NCBI GenBank assembly: GCA_045652425.1
Contig: JAZRUG010000035.1
Coordinates: 1,853-65,852, forward strand
Reading direction: 5' to 3'
From: Eubacteriales bacterium
GTDB lineage: Bacteria; Bacillota; Clostridia; Oscillospirales; CAG-272
Length of the DNA: 64,000 bases
In this document: positions 57,749 to 64,000 of the stretch, piece by piece
Layout: each line of letters begins with the position of its first letter
How positions within the stretch are numbered: the first letter of the stretch is position 1
Made by a program: the position numbers and the translations under genes
The notes under the pieces: model-generated
Told to the model about the DNA's origin: nothing
Databases searched by the model: none
Seen by the model: only the letters and a program-made list of their open reading frames with translations

Positions 57749-58303
57749 TTACTTTGTGGCTTTTGCCGGAACTATCATCATTGACATAAATCTTCCTTCA
57801 AGTACGGGCGGCTTTTCTACAGTGCCAAGCTCATTACAAGCCTCTTTGAACTGTTCAAGCAACTGCTTTCCTATGTCGAGATGTGTCATCTGACGTCCCT
57901 TGAATTTTACGATAACTTTTACCTTGTTTCCGCTCTTCAAAAATCTGTGAGCATGGTTAACTTTGGTGTTGAAATCGTTTACGTCAATTCTGCACGAAAG
58001 CTGTATCTCTTTCGTTTCGATTGTCTGCTGTTTCTTTTTCGCTTCCTTCTCGCGCTTGTCACGGTCAAAACGGAATTTTCCGTAGTCCATAATCTTGCAT
58101 ACGGGGGGATCGGACTGTGCTGACATAAGTACCAAATCAAGATCCTCGTCATACGCCTTTTCCAATGCGTCGATAAAGCTCAGCATACCAAGCTGTTCGC
58201 CTTCGTTTGAAATTACTCTGAACATCTTTGAGTCGGAGCATTTAAGCTCTGCTTTAATATCCTCGTTTATGATGTTGTCCTTAGCGCTTGTGTTTTTTAT
58301 TAT
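57749..58303 (-). CDS. infC: Translation initiation factor IF-3, non-AUG (ATA) start
   Basis: IF-3 sequence (INEDIKA...FRVISNEGEQLGM...DLDLVLMSAQSDPPVCKIMDYGKF...). There is no in-frame ATG at the conserved N-terminus. GGAGGTG lies 6-9 nt upstream of two tandem ATA codons (58303 and 58300). Confidence 0.93.
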   Translation of the reverse strand: MIKNTSAKDNIINEDIKAELKCSDSKMFRVISNEGEQLGMLSFIDALEKAYDEDLDLVLMSAQSDPPVCKIMDYGKFRFDRDKREKEAKKKQQTIETKEIQLSCRIDVNDFNTKVNHAHRFLKSGNKVKVIVKFKGRQMTHLDIGKQLLEQFKEACNELGTVEKPPVLEGRFMSMMIVPAKATK

Positions 58304-58316
58304 AAAACACCTCCAC

Positions 58317-58354
58317 AAAAATAAAAAATGCACGGAATTCAGTAACAACTCCGC
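58317..58354 (-). terminator. Leader attenuator hairpin plus U-tract just upstream of the infC RBS (L20-leader-type regulation suspected)
   Basis: On the minus strand, GCGGAGTT-GTTACTG-AATTCC(GT)GC is followed by ATTTTTTATTTTT, ending about 10 nt before GGAGGTG. Confidence 0.5.
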
Positions 58355-58467
58355 ACAATAAACGCATCCAAAGCCAAAATCAGCCTTGTCTGACAATCTA
58401 TTAACCACATATAAGTCAACGCTTTATGGGTGAGAACGGAGTGTTCTGCTTCTTTTTTTACCTTGTG

Positions 58468-58496
58468 ATTATATCACGCTTAATTCTTTTTGTCAA
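58468..58496 (-). promoter_or_regulatory. Consensus sigma-A promoter of infC-rpmI-rplT
   Basis: Minus strand: TTGACA (58496-58491), a 17-nt spacer, then TATAAT (58473-58468). This gives a leader of about 155 nt. Confidence 0.75.
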
Positions 58497-58570
58497 GTCC
58501 TTTTTTATAATTTTTACCACAGATGCAAAAAACGTATTTTTGTTGTAAGTAACAACATTTTGCAATTCTA

Positions 58571-58599
58571 TTGCATTTTTTGGCTCTGTATGGTATAAT
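58571..58599 (+). promoter_or_regulatory. Candidate promoter of the stalk-domain membrane protein gene
   Basis: TTGCAT 58571-58576, a 17-nt spacer, then TGgTATAAT (58591-58599). Confidence 0.6.
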
Positions 58600-58650
58600 A
58601 TACAAATGATTAGGATGTTTATTGTATTGTGTACTGTGAGGTGAGATGCA

Positions 58651-59616
58651 TTGGCAGCGAAGAGAGTTCCCGATATTTCTAAAGGCGATAACGGCAAAAA
58701 GGCTGACAAAACCGTTAACCCCAAACCAAGAATAAACAGAGCTCCGGATACGAATAAAGGGCAGAACTCCCCCAAGCGTCCCCCGGTTAACCGCGGTACG
58801 CGTATGAATATAAACGACCAAACTCCTTCAAGACGACGTTCGGCTAAAGAAGATAAAAGAATCAATCCCGATTCTCCTGAAATTAAGCGTGTTGCCAAGC
58901 GTTCTCAAGGATATAAAATAAAGAAAAAGCAGAAAGGCTTAAGCCGTCTTTTTATTGTGTGCGCCGTGCTTTTTGTTTTTGTCTTTTCTGCGGTTGCAGG
59001 TATTCTTTCCCTCGCTTTCTACATTAATCTTACGATAACAGATCCCGTTGCTTACGACGGACTTAAATTGAAAATGTGCCTTGAACATGAGGCTAAAGAT
59101 CTGAAGGCGGTTAGCGTTGATACGGACAGATATGTCAGAGATGGAAGTCTTTACGTTAATATGACGGCTATATCCGAAAAGTTTGGCTTTATTATGACAG
59201 GTGACCGTAAATGGTTAAGATTCATTACTAATGAGAAAACCGGAGAGAGCGTTTGTTTTGAAGTCGGAACCCCCTTTGCAGAAATAAACGGAACCGAAGT
59301 CAGAATGAACGGAAATTCTGAAAAGTATGAAGATGCTTTGTTCGTACCGGTCGAATTCTTCGATGAATACGTGAACGGTATAGAGATTTCCCACGATGAA
59401 GACAAAAACGTATTGTCAATTTTACGGGACACTTCAAGAAACGAAGCAGGTCATTTTGATGAAGCTGAAATCGATTTTAAATTGAAATCTTCCGGACCTT
59501 GTACTTCTATATCGGAATTTGAGCTTTCTGAAGAAATTAAAGCAAAATGTTATTTTATACCCCTTATGAATACACCGACAGATACTACGATAAATGCCCC
59601 GATAACACAAGAATAA
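58651..59616 (+). CDS. Membrane-anchored protein with a basic disordered N-terminus and a copper-amine-oxidase-N-terminal-like (stalk) domain
   Basis: 321-aa ORF. About 95 aa are rich in Lys/Arg/Pro/Asn, followed by one TM (LFIVCAVLFVFVFSAVAGILSLAFYI) and then a YVNMTAISEKFGF...LFVPVEFF pattern. The TTG start lies behind GAGGTGA; the start is uncertain. Confidence 0.6.
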   Translation: MAAKRVPDISKGDNGKKADKTVNPKPRINRAPDTNKGQNSPKRPPVNRGTRMNINDQTPSRRRSAKEDKRINPDSPEIKRVAKRSQGYKIKKKQKGLSRLFIVCAVLFVFVFSAVAGILSLAFYINLTITDPVAYDGLKLKMCLEHEAKDLKAVSVDTDRYVRDGSLYVNMTAISEKFGFIMTGDRKWLRFITNEKTGESVCFEVGTPFAEINGTEVRMNGNSEKYEDALFVPVEFFDEYVNGIEISHDEDKNVLSILRDTSRNEAGHFDEAEIDFKLKSSGPCTSISEFELSEEIKAKCYFIPLMNTPTDTTINAPITQE

Positions 59617-59639
59617 ATTATTATGTGGGAGAAAATGTT

Positions 59640-60161
59640 ATGGATGCAATTAAGTGCCTTCTTGAAAGAAGAAGTATACGAAGTTTTACAGATAAGAAAA
59701 TTGCCAAGGAAGACCTTGAAGTTATTGTAAAGGCTGCATATCACGCACCGAGCGGTAGAAATAAACAACTTTGGCAGTTTACCGTTGTTCAAAATCCCGA
59801 TATTATCGAAGCGCTTGCACAGTGTCTTCGTATAAAGCTTGGCAGAGATGAGGGATATTGTTTTTATAAGCCGAACGTTGTTATCCTTTGCTCTAACCCG
59901 AGAGATAACGAACATGCTGTTGAAGATTGCGCGGTTGCTATGGAAAATATTTTCCTTGCGGCTCATGCTCTTGGTATCGGCTCTGTCTGGATAAACCAAT
60001 TTAAAGGTGTCTGCGATGACATGAACGTCAGAACAGAGCTAAACAAAATAGGCGTTCCCGCCGACCATTTGGTTTACGGTATGGCGGCTTTAGGATATGC
60101 TGCAGATGACGCCGTACGCAACTTTGAAAAGAACCCAAACGTTGTAAAATGGGTAATGTGA
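59640..60161 (+). CDS. Nitroreductase family protein
   Basis: MDAIKCLLERRSIRSFTDKKI..., typical of FMN nitroreductases. Start set at ATG 59640, 9 nt after GGGAG. Confidence 0.88.
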   Translation: MDAIKCLLERRSIRSFTDKKIAKEDLEVIVKAAYHAPSGRNKQLWQFTVVQNPDIIEALAQCLRIKLGRDEGYCFYKPNVVILCSNPRDNEHAVEDCAVAMENIFLAAHALGIGSVWINQFKGVCDDMNVRTELNKIGVPADHLVYGMAALGYAADDAVRNFEKNPNVVKWVM

Positions 60162-60165
60162 TAAT

Positions 60166-60194
60166 AAAAAATCCGCTGAAAAGCGGATTTTTTT
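60166..60194 (+). terminator. Intrinsic terminator of the nitroreductase gene
   Basis: AAAAAATCCGC-TGAAAA-GCGGATTTTTTT. Confidence 0.85.
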
Positions 60195-60196
60195 GG

Positions 60197-60421
60197 TAGT
60201 CGCGCAGGGCTTTGACCTGAAACTTTGGCAAAAGGCCGCTTTTTGAAAAAAGCGCCTCTTGACTCCACCAAAAACTTTGAAAAGCGGAGGGATTCCCCTC
60301 CGCTGTAAATGTGTATGGTGTTTTTAAAATAGAGTTAATGTTTGCACAAATGATATTAAATAGCCCAAACCAAGCAATGCGAGGTTTCTTTGCCTACTTT
60401 CTTTCCTTAAAAGAAAGTAGG
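60197..60421 (+). repeat. Composite palindromic intergenic repeat, full copy 3
   Basis: CAGGGCTTTGACCTGAAAC 60205-60223; GGCCGCTTTTTGAAAAAAGCGCC 60234-60256; CCAAAAACTTTGAAAA 60268-60283; GCGGAGGGATTCCCCTCCGC 60284-60303; GGTTTCTTTGC 60383-60393; CCTACTTTCTTT-CCTTA-AAAGAAAGTAGG 60393-60421, which abuts the stop codon at 60422-60424. Confidence 0.8.
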
Positions 60422-61273
60422 TTATCGACAATGTTTCTTCAAGTAATCAACAGCTTCTGTAATATTTGCTTTCGGGTCGGTACCTGCTTCTCTTTCAACC
60501 GTAAGGAAGCCTTTGTAGCCGATTTCTTCGAGGGCTGTCAGATATGCGGGGAAGTTTACTGCGCCCTCTCCTAAAGGTCTTTCTTCAAAGAACTTCATCG
60601 CCTTTACTTCGGGCGGAATCGGGTGGACAACTCTGTAAATAAATTCGGGGTTACCTTTTACCAGCATAACGCCGTCTTTTGCGTGGGTATGAACAATATA
60701 TTTGGATAGGTTCTTTACGGCTGTTACGGGATCCTCATCTATAACCATTCTTAAATTTGCGGGGTCAAAGTTAATTGCAACTCCGTCGGAACCCAATGAT
60801 TCTATAAATCGAAGCAAAGTAGTAGACTTTTCGGGACCTGTTTCTACTGCAAAGTATGAACCGTTAGAATGCGCGTATCTTGCCAACTCCGCACATGCTT
60901 CCTGCATAATCTTAAAGCGTTCGTGGTTTGTGTCTTCGGGTACAACGCCTATGTGAGCGGTAACAATATTCGTTCCCAAGTCATTTGCCAAATCGAGAAT
61001 TGATTTAAGTTTTGCTATAAGCACGGGATTTCTTTCGGCATCGCCAAATCCCATACCCAGATCTCCGCAAATAGCTGAAAATACGAGTCCTGCGTCGCTT
61101 ACTTGTTTCTTTAAAGCTTTTCTTGCTTCGCTATCCATATTTTCGGGGGCGGATATACCTTTCGTTGCAAACATCTGTATACCGTCAACACCTAAAGCTG
61201 CCGCCATTTCTATCGCGGTAGTTCTGTCGGTCTTAAATCCGTCTATAATTACACCGATAGGAAATCTATACAT
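60422..61273 (-). CDS. Sugar phosphate isomerase/epimerase (xylose-isomerase-like TIM barrel)
   Basis: 283-aa ORF with a pattern typical of the AP-endonuclease-2/TIM-barrel family (GVDGIQM ... AHIGVVPED ... FAVETGPE ... HAKDG). Confidence 0.85.
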   Translation of the reverse strand: MYRFPIGVIIDGFKTDRTTAIEMAAALGVDGIQMFATKGISAPENMDSEARKALKKQVSDAGLVFSAICGDLGMGFGDAERNPVLIAKLKSILDLANDLGTNIVTAHIGVVPEDTNHERFKIMQEACAELARYAHSNGSYFAVETGPEKSTTLLRFIESLGSDGVAINFDPANLRMVIDEDPVTAVKNLSKYIVHTHAKDGVMLVKGNPEFIYRVVHPIPPEVKAMKFFEERPLGEGAVNFPAYLTALEEIGYKGFLTVEREAGTDPKANITEAVDYLKKHCR

Positions 61274-61300
61274 AACAACATTCCTTTCATTTACATATAA

Positions 61301-61329
61301 ATATATGGGCTGAACGTCAGCCCATATAT
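61301..61329. terminator. 12-bp hairpin between purH and the TIM-barrel gene
   Basis: ATATATGGGCTG-AACGT-CAGCCCATATAT. The T-run lies on the plus side (TGCGTTTTTTT); there is only an AU-rich tail on the minus side. Confidence 0.5.
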
Positions 61330-61341
61330 TGCGTTTTTTTA

Positions 61342-62892
61342 TTAATGCTTGAAGTGTCTTTTGCCTGTGAATACCATCGCGATGCCGTACTTGTTACAAG
61401 CATCAATTGATTCCTGGTCACGAATACTTCCGCCGGGCTGAATGATAGCTGTTATGCCTGCCTTGTGGGCTGCTTCAACGCAGTCAGCGAAGGGGAAGAA
61501 TGCGTCACTTGCCATAACGCTTCCGGGTACTTTTTCGCCGCCGTACTTAATAGCAAGTTCAAGTGCTGTAATTCTGTTTGTCTGACCGGGGCCTATACCT
61601 ACTGTAGCTCCGTCTTTTGCAAGGGCAATACCGTTAGACTTGGTGTGTTTAACAACCTTCATAGCAAACTTCATATCGCGGAGTTGTTCTGCTGTAGGAG
61701 CCTTTTCGGTAACAACCTTAACGTCAGCATCGTCATACATTTCTGTGTTGAGTTCCTGAACGAGAAGACCGCCTGCAACCTTCTTCATATCGAACATTTC
61801 TTTTCTGTTGGGCTTTGCAATTTCGGGGAGACGGAGAACGCGAAGGTTCTTCTTTGTGCAGAGAATCTGGAGAGCTTCTGCATCGTATTCGGGAGCGATA
61901 ATAATTTCAAGGAAAAGTTCAGCGAGTTTCTGCGCAGTCTTTGAATCAACGGTTCTGTTGAATGCAACGATACCGCCGAATATAGATACGGGGTCAGCTT
62001 CATAAGCTCTCATATATGCTTCGTAAACGGATTCTCCGATACCTACGCCGCAGGGGTTAGCGTGTTTAAGTGCAACGCAACAAATATCATCGCCGAATTC
62101 TTTGATAGTGTCAAGGGCGCCGTTGGCATCGTTAATATTATTATAGGAAAGTTCTTTTCCGTTAAGCTGTTCTGCAGCTGCCAAAGTGCCTTCAAAGCCC
62201 TTGCCGACTTCGCGGTAGAATGCTGCTGCCTGATGGGGATTTTCGCCGTAACGCATTTCGCTTACCTTTTCGTAAGTAAGAGAGAGCTTTTCGGGGAAGC
62301 AGGGCATACCACTTTCTTTTCTGAGATAGCCCGAAATAAGAGTATCGTAAGCCGCTGTATGTTCAAATACCTTGTAAGAAAGCTTAAGCTTTGTATCCTT
62401 TGATACTTCGCCGTTTGCTTCAAGTTCGCTTGTTACCGTGTCATAGTCAACGGGGTCAACGATAACTGCAACGTCCTGCCAGTTCTTTGCAGCCGCGCGG
62501 AGCATTGTAGGACCGCCGATGTCAATATTTTCAATAGCGTCTTCGCGTGTAACGTTGTCTTTGAGTATTGTTTCCTTGAAAGGATAGAGGTTGATAGCAA
62601 CAACATCGATGGGGGTTACGCCGAGCTCTTCAATCTGCTTCATGTGTTCTTCGTTGCCTCTCATAGCAAGAATACCTGCATGAATCATCGGGTGAAGTGT
62701 CTTAACACGTCCGTCAAGACATTCGGGGAAGCCTGTAACGTCGGAAACGTTTGTAACTGCAATACCGTTGTCTGTCAAAGTCTTTGCAGTACCTCCGGTG
62801 GAAAGAATCTCATAGCCGAGCTTTTCGAGACGGCGAGCAAATTCAACAACGCCTGTCTTGTCTGATAAACTGATTATAGCGCGTTTTTTCAT
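61342..62892 (-). CDS. purH: Bifunctional AICAR transformylase / IMP cyclohydrolase
   Basis: 516-aa ORF with an MGS-like N-domain and [12 protein letters not shown]. Confidence 0.97.
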   Translation of the reverse strand: MKKRAIISLSDKTGVVEFARRLEKLGYEILSTGGTAKTLTDNGIAVTNVSDVTGFPECLDGRVKTLHPMIHAGILAMRGNEEHMKQIEELGVTPIDVVAINLYPFKETILKDNVTREDAIENIDIGGPTMLRAAAKNWQDVAVIVDPVDYDTVTSELEANGEVSKDTKLKLSYKVFEHTAAYDTLISGYLRKESGMPCFPEKLSLTYEKVSEMRYGENPHQAAAFYREVGKGFEGTLAAAEQLNGKELSYNNINDANGALDTIKEFGDDICCVALKHANPCGVGIGESVYEAYMRAYEADPVSIFGGIVAFNRTVDSKTAQKLAELFLEIIIAPEYDAEALQILCTKKNLRVLRLPEIAKPNRKEMFDMKKVAGGLLVQELNTEMYDDADVKVVTEKAPTAEQLRDMKFAMKVVKHTKSNGIALAKDGATVGIGPGQTNRITALELAIKYGGEKVPGSVMASDAFFPFADCVEAAHKAGITAIIQPGGSIRDQESIDACNKYGIAMVFTGKRHFKH

Positions 62893-62915
62893 ATTTTACC
62901 TCTCTTGTTTTATGG

Positions 62916-63542
62916 TTAATTTTTTATTTTTACTATATTGTTTTCAACTGAAAGTTTTTCGTTGCAAAGAAGGTCGAGCGCCTTTGGAAGTATCTCCCAT
63001 TCCGCATTCTCCATAACTCTTTTTTGCAAAGTCTCGGGGGTATCGTCTTCTTCAATATAAACCGCCTTTTGCAAAATAATAGGTCCGCCGTCGGCTATCT
63101 CGTTTACAAAATGAACGGTAGCTCCCGTTACCTTAACGCCCTTCGCCAATGCGGCTTCATGTACGTGAAGTCCGTAAAATCCCTCTCCGCAGAAGCTGGG
63201 GATAAGCGCGGGGTGAACGTTAAGTATCTTGTTTGTATATTTTTCTATAATCTTTCCGCTGAGTATGTGCATAAAACCTGCAAGTACGATAATGTCAATC
63301 TCTTTTTCTTCGAGTTTTGCAAGAATAGCATCAGAAAATGCTTCTCTGTCAGCGCCTTTTTTGATAACACAGCATTCAATTCCGTTGTTTGCCGCTCTTT
63401 CGAGCGCATAAGCCTTTTCGTTGCTTGAAAGAACTAATGCGAGTTTTCCGTTTGTTATCTTACCTGCCTTGTACGCATCGATTATAGCCTGTAAATTGGT
63501 TCCGCCGCCCGAAACCAATACTGCAATATTCTTTACTTTCAT
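62916..63542 (-). CDS. purN: Phosphoribosylglycinamide formyltransferase
   Basis: 208-aa ORF with IAVLVSGGGTNLQAI and NVHPALIPSF. Confidence 0.95.
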   Translation of the reverse strand: MKVKNIAVLVSGGGTNLQAIIDAYKAGKITNGKLALVLSSNEKAYALERAANNGIECCVIKKGADREAFSDAILAKLEEKEIDIIVLAGFMHILSGKIIEKYTNKILNVHPALIPSFCGEGFYGLHVHEAALAKGVKVTGATVHFVNEIADGGPIILQKAVYIEEDDTPETLQKRVMENAEWEILPKALDLLCNEKLSVENNIVKIKN

Positions 63543-63543
63543 A

Positions 63544-64000
63544 TCAATTTTCTCCGGGGACTTTTACAGGATAGTTTCCGGTAAAGCAAGCATCGCAGTA
63601 TTCGATGTTTGAATCCTTTACTACTTGTTTTAAGTCTTCTATTGCAAGATATGCGAGTGAGTCTGCGCCAATTTCTTTTCTTATCTCGTCAAGGGTAAGG
63701 CGGCAAGCAATAAGTTTATCTCTTGAGGCTATATCCGTACCAAAGTAACAAGGATTAAGGAAGGGAGGAGAAGAAATACGGAAGTGTACTTCTGTTGCCC
63801 CTGCGTGTCTGATTAGTTCAATAAGATGTGCGCAGGTAGTTCCTCTTACTATAGAGTCGTCAACAACTACAACTCTTTTGCCCTTGAGTACCGAGGGCAT
63901 AGGATTGAGCTTCAGTCTTACGAGATTTTCTCTTTCGCCTTGACCTGTCTGTATAAACGTTCTGCCTATGTATCTGTTCTTGTTTAGTCCGATGCCGTAG
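63544..64000 (-). CDS. purF: Amidophosphoribosyltransferase, C-terminal part (the gene continues beyond the right edge)
   Basis: [16 protein letters not shown] motif and the C-terminal Fe-S Cys residues. The frame stays open upstream of the track's internal Met (..[25 protein letters not shown]..). Confidence 0.93.
   Translation of the reverse strand, partial: YGIGLNKNRYIGRTFIQTGQGERENLVRLKLNPMPSVLKGKRVVVVDDSIVRGTTCAHLIELIRHAGATEVHFRISSPPFLNPCYFGTDIASRDKLIACRLTLDEIRKEIGADSLAYLAIEDLKQVVKDSNIEYCDACFTGNYPVKVPGEN

Noticed and set aside
58458-58898. 146-aa and 113-aa minus-strand ORFs
   Set aside because: They span the infC promoter region and run antisense into the plus-strand membrane protein gene. 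They have no RBS and would need to start inside another gene.
1-64000. Search for mobile genetic elements, prophage, toxin-antitoxin or defence gene cassettes
   Set aside because: No ORF shows transposase, integrase, recombinase, phage structural, restriction-modification, Cas or toxin-like motifs. All sizeable ORFs are accounted for by housekeeping or simple metabolic functions.

Overview
This 64-kb window looks like chromosome from a low-GC Gram-positive bacterium, probably Clostridia-like. That is inferred from gene order, GGAGG-type ribosome-binding sites and a T-box leader. Almost all of it is core housekeeping. Plus-strand blocks: rpmG-secE-nusG-rplK-rplA, a Fur-family regulator with rubrerythrin, and T-box-controlled thrS. 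Minus-strand blocks: a complete arginine operon argG-H-C-J-B-D-F with a consensus promoter overlapped by ARG-box palindromes; rpsU; the run leuS-rsfS-LCP-LCP-yqeK-nadD-yhbY-rdgB-ftsY-smc-radical SAM-rnc-plsX-trmFO-topA-dprA-TrmH; infC-rpmI-rplT with a leader attenuator and a non-AUG (ATA) start; purC; and purF-purN-purH. I saw no rRNA, tRNA, CRISPR array, transposase, integrase or phage genes. The signal that ordinary annotation does not explain is non-coding. (1) A dense family of composite palindromic intergenic repeats occurs at 7 loci, with three roughly 200-bp full copies that sit polarity-specifically in gene 3' flanks. (2) A head-to-head pair of these repeats fills an 870-bp gene-less gap. 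(3) One copy lies inside the arg operon. (4) A 32-nt duplication of the rnc 3' end brackets one of the hairpins. (5) Six directly abutting near-perfect hairpins lie in a divergent promoter region. The only gene-level candidate for undescribed biology is a cluster of four small Zn-ribbon, TM2, DUF2752 and DUF4234 membrane proteins. All family assignments come from reading motifs in the supplied translations; no database search was possible.
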